Below, in pieces: positions 1-9,212 of a stretch of DNA of 64,000 bases (position 1 is its first letter; each line of letters begins with the position of its first letter). The translations under genes and the position numbers were made by a program. Under the pieces are notes generated by a model. The model did not search any database and had not been told where the DNA came from. It worked only from the letters and a program-made list of their open reading frames with translations. This stretch comes from an uncultured Hungatella sp. (GTDB lineage Bacteria; Bacillota; Clostridia; Lachnospirales; Lachnospiraceae): NCBI GenBank assembly GCA_910586845.1, contig CAJUJV010000002.1, positions 33,357-97,356 of the forward strand, in the 5' to 3' direction.

Positions 1-1128
1 TCCGGCCACGGCATCCAGCAGAGATCTGCCGAACTGAGTATAATCCAGAGTAAATCCTGCCATGTGGGCGAAGGTGGCGGGCAGGTCCACGAGCTCTGCC
101 AGGACCCGGCTTTCTCCCGGCTGCACAGGGAACCTGGAAGCCGGTTTGATCAGCAGAGGCACGTTGGAGACGGGATTTTCAAAACAGTTCTGGACCTTCT
201 CCGTAATTCCGTAATCTCCCGTATAATCACCGTGATCGCTGAAGACAAAAATACTGGTGTCGTCATAGAGGTTCCATTCTTTTAACTTATCCTTCACCAG
301 GCCGAACTGGTGGTCAAACCGTTCTACCATGCCCAGATATACGGCCCGCAGCTCGTTATACTGCTCCTCGGACCAGCCGGTCAGCTGCTGTTTGGAGCGG
401 ATGCCCTGAAGCATGGAAGGCTTACTCTGAAGCTTCTCCACATCCGTCCGCCTGGGAGGGAGGGAATCCCTGGAGATACTGCTGAACCAGGGATCTTCGC
501 ATCCATAGGGAGGATGAGGGAAGGAAAGGGTAATGTACAGGAAGAAAGGCTTTTCACTGCCTTCCCGGCCTTTTCTGTCCAGATAATCCAGGGCACTTTT
601 CACACAGTTCCAGTCAAAAGTAGATTTGGCCTGTTCCCTGTCCATCTTTCCCGTATAGAAAGAATAGTAGTTATCCTTTTTCATAAATTCGGGAATTTCA
701 CTGGACACGGCGGGGCCGGGGGCAAATTTCAGGTTGTCATCATCCCGGTGGTTTTCAAAGTCGCTTCCGGAATAAAATTCATCACAGAATTCCGTTTTGG
801 GACGGTTGGAAGGGATCACGTCATTGCGCCCGATCCAGATCACCTCATACCCCTGCTGTTTCATGGTCCGGAGGATATTGGGCTCCTGGGGCTCCTGGAG
901 GAAATGCATGGTCCGGTGACCGGTGGTATGAGGATAACGCCCGGTGAGAAAGCTGCACCGGGAGGGGACGCACACCGGATTCTGGCAGTAGGCGTTGCGG
1001 AAGGAGACGCCGTCCTCCAAAAGAGAGTCCAGATTCGGCGTCCTGGATGCCGGATTCCCCATGTGGGACAGGGAATCACAGCGCATCTGATCAGCGACAA
1101 ACAACAGGATATTAGGTCGTTTTTCCAT
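1..1128 (-). CDS. Cys-type sulfatase (partial, runs off the window start; not in the ORF track)
   Basis: Manual translation from ATG 1128 gives MEKRPNILLFVADQMRCDSLSHMGNP...NAYCQNPVCVPSRCSFLTGRYP. Sulfatase signature CxPxR at 958-972. AGGAG RBS at 1136-1140. Confidence 0.9.
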   Translation of the reverse strand, partial: MEKRPNILLFVADQMRCDSLSHMGNPASRTPNLDSLLEDGVSFRNAYCQNPVCVPSRCSFLTGRYPHTTGHRTMHFLQEPQEPNILRTMKQQGYEVIWIGRNDVIPSNRPKTEFCDEFYSGSDFENHRDDDNLKFAPGPAVSSEIPEFMKKDNYYSFYTGKMDREQAKSTFDWNCVKSALDYLDRKGREGSEKPFFLYITLSFPHPPYGCEDPWFSSISRDSLPPRRTDVEKLQSKPSMLQGIRSKQQLTGWSEEQYNELRAVYLGMVERFDHQFGLVKDKLKEWNLYDDTSIFVFSDHGDYTGDYGITEKVQNCFENPVSNVPLLIKPASRFPVQPGESRVLAELVDLPATFAHMAGFTLDYTQFGRSLLDAVAG

Positions 1129-1140
1129 AAATGATCTCCT

Positions 1141-2433
1141 TTACTGTTTTTCTTCCTGGAGGGCCTGGTTGTCCAGTATCTTAAAGAACGGGAAATAACA
1201 GGCCATCTGGATCAGCACCAGCACTATCTGCCACAGGGCCAGCTTCCAGCCGCCGCACAGCATGCCGGAGAGCACGATGGGAGTGCCCAGAGGAATCTCC
1301 ATACCGTTCATGACAGGCAGGATTCCTATGGAAGTGAACAGATAGGACAGGCTGAAGGTGATAATAGGCGTAAGGATCAGAGGGATCAGCATGATGGTAT
1401 TCAATACCATGGGAAGTCCGAAGGTAATGGGTTCGTTGATGCCGCAGATGCCCGAGGGGAGAGCCAGCTTGCCCAGGGCTTTGTATCTCTGGCTTTTTGC
1501 CAGGAAACACATGATCACACACAGTCCGGCAGTTCCCCCTGCGCCGCCCAGAGAAGCAAATCCGGACCAGGCAGATTTTACGATAATATTAGGCAGCTGG
1601 GCGCCGGCGCCGTAGGCAGTCAGATTTTCCATGGCAAGAGGCATATACAGCATGTTGATAAAGGGCATTACGATCATTCCGCCGTGAAGGCCGAAGAACC
1701 ACATGATACTGCACATCATGATCAGTACGATCATGGTAAAGGGACTGGCTCCCAGAGCGGCCAGAGGCGCTTTCAGCAGAGTATAGATACAGGTGTTGAT
1801 ATCTCCGTAAGAAGTCAGGGAGAACAAAAACCGCACCAGAGCGAAAATCAGCAAAATGCAGAAAGACGGAAGGATGCCCTGGAATGAGATAGCGATCTGA
1901 GGAGGAACACTGTCGGGCATGCGGATGACGATCTTTTTGTCGATAAAAAATTTGTACATCACCGGCACCAGGAGTCCGAAAATCATGGCCGTAAACAGAC
2001 CGGCAGCGCCCAGATAAGAGGTGGACAGGGCAGCGGCTACAGCCACGACCACCTCATCCTTTGTTCCCGTTACGCCTAAGGGGATCATAACAAGAAAGAT
2101 GGCCAGAGTCAATAACCCTACGCTGTTGGTCTGCCGTTCCATACCCAGATTCTCTGCCGTGGATCTGGAAATACTGTAGACGGCATAGAGAGCCAGCATA
2201 TCCGTGGTGATTTTGGGGACAAATCCGAAGATCTCTTTTAAGGGAGTGGCTCCGACGAGAGCCTGATAAAAGCCCAGGTTCAGATTGGCCAGAAGGGTGA
2301 ACAGCGCGCCCACGATAACGATGGGAAGACAGGCGGAGAATCCGCTGCTGATGGACTTCAGATAACGATTTTCCGATAATTTCTGAGCCAGGGGGAGAAG
2401 AGCATTACCTAACGCTTCTGTAAACTTTTCCAT
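1141..2433 (-). CDS. PTS lactose/cellobiose-family EIIC permease (CelB/ChbC-like)
   Basis: Hydrophobic protein with IRMPDSVPPQI, WFFGLHG, GGAG and GINEPITFGLPMVLN motifs. Start set at ATG 2433 behind an AAAGGAG RBS. Confidence 0.9.
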   Translation of the reverse strand: MEKFTEALGNALLPLAQKLSENRYLKSISSGFSACLPIVIVGALFTLLANLNLGFYQALVGATPLKEIFGFVPKITTDMLALYAVYSISRSTAENLGMERQTNSVGLLTLAIFLVMIPLGVTGTKDEVVVAVAAALSTSYLGAAGLFTAMIFGLLVPVMYKFFIDKKIVIRMPDSVPPQIAISFQGILPSFCILLIFALVRFLFSLTSYGDINTCIYTLLKAPLAALGASPFTMIVLIMMCSIMWFFGLHGGMIVMPFINMLYMPLAMENLTAYGAGAQLPNIIVKSAWSGFASLGGAGGTAGLCVIMCFLAKSQRYKALGKLALPSGICGINEPITFGLPMVLNTIMLIPLILTPIITFSLSYLFTSIGILPVMNGMEIPLGTPIVLSGMLCGGWKLALWQIVLVLIQMACYFPFFKILDNQALQEEKQ

Positions 2434-2519
2434 GATTAAACTCCTTTGTTTTAAATTAATCCTCATTGAAATCACAAAACCCTGCCGGCAGGTTTTCTGG
2501 ATTCTATGATAATCCATTT

Positions 2520-2712
2520 TGGATAAAAATACAATATAAAAATGGATAAATATCCAAAAATGGCGAATTATACAAAATATGAAGTCGAATTCGTTAAAAT
2601 GAGATATGATTTTGTGTAATTTATATAAAAAATCATTTTTTTAATCTTTTCTCAAAAACCGTTTCTGGCTGATACCCTGCGGTCTCTGAAGAAACTCGTG
2701 GATATTTCTCCA
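2520..2712. promoter_or_regulatory. Three copies of a 14-bp TGGATA-N2-TATCCA palindrome, candidate RpiR operators
   Basis: Perfect copy at 2543-2556; imperfect copies at 2520-2533 and 2699-2712, all in the divergent intergenic region. Confidence 0.55.
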
Positions 2713-2757
2713 AAACTTTGATACAATAGATACATACCCGCCAAGGAGGCCGTTTTC

Positions 2758-3552
2758 ATGAACCCGTTAGAACGATTAGAAAAAGAATTTCCCAACCTGA
2801 CCAGATCGGAGCAGGCCATTACAGAATATATCCTGAAGAATCCCATGACGGTGATCCGGTACTCTCTGACTCAGATCGCCAGGGAGGCCAGGACTTCCAA
2901 CACGGCGGTGATCCGACTGTGCCAGAAGCTGGGGTATCAGGGATTTTCCGAATTTAAGTTTTCTCTGTCAAGAGCCGCTCTTTCCGACACAAAGAAAAAC
3001 GACAGTCCGGAGGAGGATGAGGGGAAGGATTCCATGTCGGCCATCGTATCTCAGTATGTGACATATCTGAACCAGATGGCAGCGGAGACGGACATGGATA
3101 TAGTCCGACAGATCGCCTCTCTCATGTGCAGGACTCCCAGGCTGGCTGTCATGGGATACAATCGGACCGGCTTTTCCGCCTCCCAGCTGTCCTACCGCCT
3201 GTCCAGGATGGGCATGGCCAACTATCTGGTCACGGACCAGGTGGTGATGCAGGATTATATGGAGATCTTCGGCCCGGGAGACGTGTGCATCATCTTTTCC
3301 ATCAGCCTGAAAACATACAAGGAGACCGTGCAGAGACTGAAGAAAAACGGCGCCACCGTGGTCCTCTTTACCATGAACGGGACTACGCCTCTTAAAAAAA
3401 ACTGTGACTATTTTGTCTGCCTCCCCCAGATATCCTACAACCGTCGGATGGGATTTTTAGATGACCAGACTTTATTTTTCGTGTTTATCGAGGTGCTGCT
3501 CAGCGAGACGGCCAGAGTTCTCAACCGGACGGGAGGGAAAGAAAGCCTATGA
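2758..3552 (+). CDS. MurR/RpiR-family transcriptional regulator
   Basis: N-terminal HTH (LTRSEQAITEYI...VIRLCQKLGYQGFSEFK) plus SIS domain. AAGGAGG RBS. Confidence 0.9.
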   Translation: MNPLERLEKEFPNLTRSEQAITEYILKNPMTVIRYSLTQIAREARTSNTAVIRLCQKLGYQGFSEFKFSLSRAALSDTKKNDSPEEDEGKDSMSAIVSQYVTYLNQMAAETDMDIVRQIASLMCRTPRLAVMGYNRTGFSASQLSYRLSRMGMANYLVTDQVVMQDYMEIFGPGDVCIIFSISLKTYKETVQRLKKNGATVVLFTMNGTTPLKKNCDYFVCLPQISYNRRMGFLDDQTLFFVFIEVLLSETARVLNRTGGKESL

Positions 3553-4916
3553 TCGATCCTGTCAGACACCGCCAGCTTCAGGAACTGGATATGGTGGAAT
3601 TGTGTACCAGGATTCTTTCCGGTTCCCGCAACGAACTGTACCTGAATATGCATTTTCTGGATCTGTCTCTCAACAGTCTGGGATTTGAGGCGGACCCTTC
3701 CATGACAGGGCTGGGGACCGACGGAGCTCTGATCTATTATAATCCGGACCATCTGTGCGGTCTTTACCGCAGGGGGAGAGTTTATGTAAACAGGGCTTAC
3801 CTCCACATGGTGTTTCACTGTCTGTTCTGCCATCTGTACAACCGAAAAAAGAGAGCCCGCGATTACTGGAACCTGGCCTGCGATATTGCCATGGAATCTG
3901 TCATCGACGGACTTTACAAAAAATGCGTCCATGTGCCGCCGTCGCCTTTCCGCAGGGACATCTATCTGCGCCTGAAAAAGGAGCAGAAGGTGCTGACGGC
4001 AGAGGGGATCTATGAGGCGCTCAGGAACATGGAACTGACCGAAAGACAGTACGGCCGTCTGGCAGAGGAATTCTATGTGGACAGCCACGACAGATGGGAG
4101 GAAGGGGCGCCGCCGGCTATGTCCATCCCCAGGCAGACCAGATGGAACGACAACCGGGAGAAGATGCAGACGGAGATGGAATCCATGGGACAGGACCGCT
4201 CCGGGACAGAGGAAGACCGGGATCTGCTGGAGCAGGTTCAGGTGGTGAACAGGGAGAGATATGATTACAGGCGGTTTCTGAGAAAGTTTTCTGTTCTGCG
4301 GGAGGAGATGCAGGCGGATGAGGATTCTTTCGACTACATTTACTATACTTACGGGCTGAAGATGTACGGCAATATGCCGCTGATCGAGCCCCTGGAATCC
4401 AGGGAAGTGTACCGGATCGAGGATTTTGTGCTGGTCATCGACACTTCCATGTCCTGTTCGGGAGAGCTGGTCCGCCGGTTTCTGGAAGAGACCTACGGGG
4501 TCTTAAGCGAGGGAGAGAGCTACTTTTGCAAGATCAATGTCCACATCATCCAGTGCGACGACCAGGTCCGGTCTGATGTGGTCGTCACCAGCCGGGAACA
4601 GATGAGAGAGTATATGGAGAACTTTACCATCCAGGGCAAGGGAGGCACGGACTTCCGTCCTGCCTTTGAATATGTAAACGGCCTGAGGGCGAAAGGGGAA
4701 TTTACCAGACTGAAAGGGCTCTTGTACTTTACGGACGGAAAGGGTATCTATCCGGTAAAAATGCCTCCCTATGACACGGCGTTCGTGTTTATCCAGGATC
4801 AGTATGAGGATATGTCGGTTCCGGCCTGGGCCATGAAACTGGTTCTGGAGGAGCGGGAGATCCGGGAACTGACAGGGACCGGAGAGAAGGAAGGGGGAGA
4901 TCACGTTGAACATTAA
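3549..4916 (+). CDS. Metallopeptidase-like N-terminus plus C-terminal vWA domain (DUF2201-like)
   Basis: GTDG...YNP, HxxxH (HMVFH) and WNLACD motifs; vWA MIDAS-like IDTSMS, GGTDFRPAF and YFTDG. Confidence 0.8.
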   Translation: MIDPVRHRQLQELDMVELCTRILSGSRNELYLNMHFLDLSLNSLGFEADPSMTGLGTDGALIYYNPDHLCGLYRRGRVYVNRAYLHMVFHCLFCHLYNRKKRARDYWNLACDIAMESVIDGLYKKCVHVPPSPFRRDIYLRLKKEQKVLTAEGIYEALRNMELTERQYGRLAEEFYVDSHDRWEEGAPPAMSIPRQTRWNDNREKMQTEMESMGQDRSGTEEDRDLLEQVQVVNRERYDYRRFLRKFSVLREEMQADEDSFDYIYYTYGLKMYGNMPLIEPLESREVYRIEDFVLVIDTSMSCSGELVRRFLEETYGVLSEGESYFCKINVHIIQCDDQVRSDVVVTSREQMREYMENFTIQGKGGTDFRPAFEYVNGLRAKGEFTRLKGLLYFTDGKGIYPVKMPPYDTAFVFIQDQYEDMSVPAWAMKLVLEEREIRELTGTGEKEGGDHVEH

Positions 4917-6447
4917 ACGGGCAAAGGAAGAGATTAAAAATACCATCGGAGCTTATTTGCTGAAAGATAAATACGGGGCCTATGAGATTCCGCCTGTCCG
5001 TCAGAGGCCGGTCTTGCTTATGGGCCCTCCGGGTATCGGCAAGACCCAGATCATGGAACAGATCTCCCAGGAGTGCCGTATCGCTCTGGTGTCCTACACC
5101 ATCACCCATCACACCAGGCAGAGCGCCATCGGACTGCCCTTTATTCAGGACAGGATCTATGATTCCAGAAGATATTCGGTGACAGAGTATACCATGAGCG
5201 AGATCGTGGCCTCCATCTATGACAAGATCGCCGAGACGGGTCTGCAGGAAGGGATCCTGTTTATCGACGAGATCAACTGTGTGTCAGAGACACTGGCTCC
5301 CACCATGCTCCAGTTTCTTCAGTGCAAGACATTCGGAAATCACAGGATCCCCCAGGGATGGATCATTGTGGCGGCAGGGAATCCGCCGGAGTACAACAAG
5401 TCTGTCAGGGAATTTGACATCGTGACTCTGGACCGGATCAAGATGATTCCTGTGGAGGCTGACTACGGAGTCTGGAAGGAATATGCCCAGCAGGTGAATA
5501 TCCATCCGGCTGTTATCTCTTATCTGGATGTGAAGCAGCAGAATTTCTGCCGCATCGAGACTACGGTGGACGGCAAATTTTTCGCCACGCCCAGAGGCTG
5601 GGAGGATCTGTCCCGGCTCATGGAGGTTTATGAAAAGCTTCACATGACCGTGGACAGGGAAGTGGTGTTCCAGTACATCCAGTATCCGGCCATTGCCAGG
5701 GACTTTGCCAATTATCTGGAGCTTTATTACAAATATCAGCAGGACTATCAGATCGATGAGATCCTGGGAGGAAAGGTAAGGGAAGGAATTTATCATAAAC
5801 TGGAAAAGGCGCCTTTTGACGAGCGCCTGAGCGTCATGAGCCTGATCCTGGCAGCACTGAACCGGGGATTCAGGGAGACGGCGGAGAAGGAGGACCGCAT
5901 GGAGCGCCTTCTGAAGATCTTCCGCCGTCTGAAACCGAAGAGTCAGCAGGCGGATACTCAGCCTGTATCCGGAGGAGATCAGTCCGACTATGGTTCCGCA
6001 GCGGAATATCTGGAGGGGCTTACTGCCGGTATGCAGGCAGAGCGGAAATACAAACAGGAGTCAGGGATTTTAAGCCGCAGGGAGGATCAGCTTTACCGGG
6101 ATGTTTCGGGAATCCTTGAGAGAACGCTTCAGGCCGTGAAAGCGGATCACAGAGCCACGGAGGAGCAGGTCTGGGAGAAGGTATCGGAGATCTTCGAGGA
6201 GGAGAACCGGGGGTATGAAGCCCTCTTCGACCAGTGCGCCGCCGGTCTGGAATATGCCTTTGATTTTATGGAGGCGGCTTTCGGAGGAGGACAGGAGATG
6301 GTGGTCTTTGTCACCGGTCTGAACACAGGACTTTACAGTCTCAGGTTTCTTCAGGAGTACCGGTGCGAACGATATTTCCGGTACAATAAAGAACTGCTCT
6401 TTGACGATCAGGAGAAGGAGATTCTGAAGCAGATGGAGAGGCTGTAA
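4906..6447 (+). CDS. MoxR-like AAA+ ATPase
   Basis: Walker A GPPGIGKT, Walker B ILFIDE, AAGN and TPRGW motifs. TTG start overlaps the vWA gene. Confidence 0.8.
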   Translation: MNIKRAKEEIKNTIGAYLLKDKYGAYEIPPVRQRPVLLMGPPGIGKTQIMEQISQECRIALVSYTITHHTRQSAIGLPFIQDRIYDSRRYSVTEYTMSEIVASIYDKIAETGLQEGILFIDEINCVSETLAPTMLQFLQCKTFGNHRIPQGWIIVAAGNPPEYNKSVREFDIVTLDRIKMIPVEADYGVWKEYAQQVNIHPAVISYLDVKQQNFCRIETTVDGKFFATPRGWEDLSRLMEVYEKLHMTVDREVVFQYIQYPAIARDFANYLELYYKYQQDYQIDEILGGKVREGIYHKLEKAPFDERLSVMSLILAALNRGFRETAEKEDRMERLLKIFRRLKPKSQQADTQPVSGGDQSDYGSAAEYLEGLTAGMQAERKYKQESGILSRREDQLYRDVSGILERTLQAVKADHRATEEQVWEKVSEIFEEENRGYEALFDQCAAGLEYAFDFMEAAFGGGQEMVVFVTGLNTGLYSLRFLQEYRCERYFRYNKELLFDDQEKEILKQMERL

Positions 6448-6464
6448 ACGGAGGAAAATGCCCA

Positions 6465-6492
6465 TTGCCTTTTCAGGGGAAGGTGGTATAAT
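6465..6492 (+). promoter_or_regulatory. SigA-type promoter
   Basis: TTGCCT-N16-TATAAT with extended TGn. Confidence 0.55.
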
Positions 6493-6526
6493 AAGATTAC
6501 AGAATATTTTAAGGAGGAGATTTGCT

Positions 6527-6820
6527 ATGTGGAGCAGAAAGATTGCTGCCGCTGCTGCGGCGGGAGTACTGGCAGCAGCTCTTGTGACATTTCCTGCCGC
6601 TGCCCACGGCCACGGTCATCACAGACAGGCCAGCAGCGTAACATGTGACACCAGCTGCCCGGTATGTACGGTAGAAGGCTGTACGGAGACGGGGCGTCAC
6701 ACTCATGACGGTCATGACTACTGCGGATACGACCACAGCGGCGGATACTGTGACAGATCCTGTGAGACGGTTTCTGATACAGGTTCCCGCGGCGGCGGCC
6801 ATCATGGGTGCCACAGGTAA
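6527..6820 (+). CDS. Small secreted His/Cys-rich protein (97 aa)
   Basis: AAGGAGG RBS; signal peptide ending PAAA; mature part has 8 Cys and 11 His. Confidence 0.7.
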   Translation: MWSRKIAAAAAAGVLAAALVTFPAAAHGHGHHRQASSVTCDTSCPVCTVEGCTETGRHTHDGHDYCGYDHSGGYCDRSCETVSDTGSRGGGHHGCHR

Positions 6821-6835
6821 GACAGAACAGATGAG

Positions 6836-6867
6836 ACAGGGGAACTGACCGTCGTCAGTTCCCCTGT
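6836..6867. terminator. Hairpin between convergent genes (probable bidirectional terminator)
   Basis: Perfect 14-bp stem ACAGGGGAACTGAC/GTCAGTTCCCCTGT with a 4-nt loop. Confidence 0.75.
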
Positions 6868-6888
6868 ATGTTTCTGTAAAGCTTTCAC

Positions 6889-7506
6889 TTATTTGTGCTG
6901 TGCATAGTACTCGTCGAAAAGCTTGTTCACAGCCGTATGAGTCTCGCCGCAGATGGACGGAAGAGAACCGCCCCAGGACTTCTCGGCCTCGCCGAATCCT
7001 TTCTCAACGGCAGCCTGATACTTCTGCATCAGTTCAACATCATCTCCTGCCAGAGCAGCGGCGAAATCAAAGATCCTCTGGGAGGTCTGCTTAACGCCCC
7101 AGAAACCGTCCTCGGAGATGGCCTGCTGGGCCTCGGCCTTGGTCTTCTCGTCTACGGTATAGTTGCCGCTGGCCATCATCTTCCAGAAATCGTCACCATT
7201 GGCCATGGAGAAATTAATACCCTGCTTCTGGAAATTCTGCACCATCATGTTGGTGAAACGGGACATCTGGTTATTCAGGTCATCTTTCAGACTCTGTACC
7301 AGAGAAGCCCTCTCAGAATCGCTCATCTTTGTAGTTGCCTTAGCATCCTTGCTGAGTTCAACCCGGTCTACATCCGGTTTCTTCTCTGCGCTGACAGCAG
7401 CATCCTTGGTCTGCTTCTCAGCGATCTCAGCCGAAACCGCAGAAGTGGACTTGGTCTGTACCGGCTGGCTGTAAACTCTCATAGCCGCATCCTGATCAAC
7501 TCTCAT
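6889..7506 (-). CDS. Hypothetical protein (resembles DUF5610-like proteins)
   Basis: AAAGGAGG RBS. C-terminus TSQRIFDFAAAL...VEKGFGEA...LPSICGET. Family call is from memory. Confidence 0.65.
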   Translation of the reverse strand: MRVDQDAAMRVYSQPVQTKSTSAVSAEIAEKQTKDAAVSAEKKPDVDRVELSKDAKATTKMSDSERASLVQSLKDDLNNQMSRFTNMMVQNFQKQGINFSMANGDDFWKMMASGNYTVDEKTKAEAQQAISEDGFWGVKQTSQRIFDFAAALAGDDVELMQKYQAAVEKGFGEAEKSWGGSLPSICGETHTAVNKLFDEYYAQHK

Positions 7507-7561
7507 AACATCCTCCTTTTAAATGAACATGAAATACATGATTTTACGTTTTATATAGGAT

Positions 7562-7589
7562 ATATCGGCATTACGGAAGGAAACATAAG
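7562..7589 (-). promoter_or_regulatory. Sigma-28 (SigD/FliA)-like promoter
   Basis: Exact -10 GCCGATAT at 7562-7569 (minus strand). The -35 is only partial (TTATG instead of TAAAG). Confidence 0.5.
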
Positions 7590-7694
7590 GAACGGAGACC
7601 CTGAAAGTTTAGAATGATTTTAGAGACGCAGGGTGGGAAATGTGATATACTCTTTATAGACAATCAGCATTTATTAAAGAAAGGACTCTTTCCC

Positions 7695-9212
7695 ATGAAG
7701 ATCAAGACCCGCCTGGGGATCGCATTTATTACCATAACCCTGGTGCCCATGCTTCTGATCTATCTGGCATTCAGCCTTCTCAGCAGTTATCAGATGAGAG
7801 CCTTTCGGGAAGCCTATGGTCTCACGGAACAAGTAGACCTGCTTTCCGGAAATTCCATGCAGATATTCAACCGTCTGACCCAGTCCAGCCAGAGAGCCAT
7901 ACAGGAAAAACTGTCCACGGACCCGGACAGCTTTGCCGATCAGTCCTATCTGGAGCTGATCAATCAGGATCTGAAGCACAAATATGCCTGTCTCATAGTC
8001 CGCAGAGGAGACGAGATCATTTTCTCCGGCATCGGTCAGGAGAATCCGGAGCTGTACCGGCATCTGCCGGATTACGATAAGCCCGGCAATACTTTTATAG
8101 AAGGCGGAATCTATCTGGACGGCGACACTCAGCATCTGATTAAACAGGTGGATTTTCAGTACGGCGACGGTACAGAAGGCAGCGTCTTCATCATATCCAG
8201 CGTAGATGACTTCATCCCGGAGGTCAAATCCATGTTTCTGGAGATCCTTTTTTCCGGAGTCATGATCCTTATGTTTACGGGAGTCATCCTTACGGGCTGG
8301 GTCTACAAGTCCCTGCTGGCCCCTCTGAACAAGCTTCAGCAGGCCACCAACGAGATCAAGAACGGCAATCTGGATTTCACTCTGGATGTAGATATGGACA
8401 ACGGTGACGAGATCAGCCAGCTGTGTCAGGATTTTGAGGAGATGCGGATGCGCCTGAAGGAGACCACCGAGGAAAAGGTTCAGTATGACAAAGAGAGCAA
8501 AGAGCTGATCAGCAATATTTCCCATGACCTGAAGACCCCCATTACCGCCATCAAGGGATATGTGGAAGGGATCCTGGACGGAGTGGCCTCGTCGCCGGAA
8601 AAACTGGACAAATATATCCGGACCATATACAATAAAGCCAATGACATGGACAGGCTTATCGACGAGCTGACTTTTTATTCCAAGATCGATACCAACAAGA
8701 TTCCTTACACATTTTCCAAGATCAATGTCTCCAGCTACTTCCGGGACTGCGTGGAGGAAGTAGGGCTGGAGCTGGATTCCAACAACATTGAACTGGGATA
8801 TTTCAATTATGTTGACGAGGATGTGGTGGTTATCGCCGACGCGGAACAGATGAAACGGGTGGTCAACAACATCATCAGCAACTCCGTGAAATATCTGGAC
8901 AAGAAAAAAGGCATCATCAACATCCGCATTAAAGACGTGGGAGATTTTATCCAGGTAGGGATTGAAGACAACGGCAAGGGGATCGCAGCCAAAGATCTGC
9001 CCAATATTTTTGACCGCTTCTACCGCACCGACTCTTCCCGCAATTCCGCTAAGGGAGGAAGCGGTATCGGCCTTTCCATAGTCCGCAAGATCATCGAGGA
9101 TCACGGCGGCAAGATCTGGGCCACCAGCAAGATCGGCATCGGGACGGAGATCCATTTTGTACTGAGAAAATATCAGGAGGTTGTATATCATGAAGAGGAT
9201 TCTGATCATTGA
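7695..9212 (+). CDS. HAMP-domain sensor histidine kinase
   Basis: Two TM segments, H-box SHDLKTP, N-box NSVKY, DNGKG and GGSGIGL. Confidence 0.92.
   Translation: MKIKTRLGIAFITITLVPMLLIYLAFSLLSSYQMRAFREAYGLTEQVDLLSGNSMQIFNRLTQSSQRAIQEKLSTDPDSFADQSYLELINQDLKHKYACLIVRRGDEIIFSGIGQENPELYRHLPDYDKPGNTFIEGGIYLDGDTQHLIKQVDFQYGDGTEGSVFIISSVDDFIPEVKSMFLEILFSGVMILMFTGVILTGWVYKSLLAPLNKLQQATNEIKNGNLDFTLDVDMDNGDEISQLCQDFEEMRMRLKETTEEKVQYDKESKELISNISHDLKTPITAIKGYVEGILDGVASSPEKLDKYIRTIYNKANDMDRLIDELTFYSKIDTNKIPYTFSKINVSSYFRDCVEEVGLELDSNNIELGYFNYVDEDVVVIADAEQMKRVVNNIISNSVKYLDKKKGIINIRIKDVGDFIQVGIEDNGKGIAAKDLPNIFDRFYRTDSSRNSAKGGSGIGLSIVRKIIEDHGGKIWATSKIGIGTEIHFVLRKYQEVVYHEEDSDH

Noticed and set aside
64..1134. 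Plus-strand ORFs 64-285 and 310-1134
   Set aside because: Antisense shadows of the minus-strand sulfatase.
2566..2621. Inverted repeat AATTATACAAAAT...ATTTTGTGTAATT
   Set aside because: AT-rich with a 30-nt spacer; cannot be assigned a function or separated from chance.
7674..9209. Long antisense ORFs (511 aa here; also 27357-28547, 39072-40268, 43801-45078 and 49780-50976)
   Set aside because: They mirror well-supported genes on the other strand, lack recognisable motifs, and are expected from codon bias.
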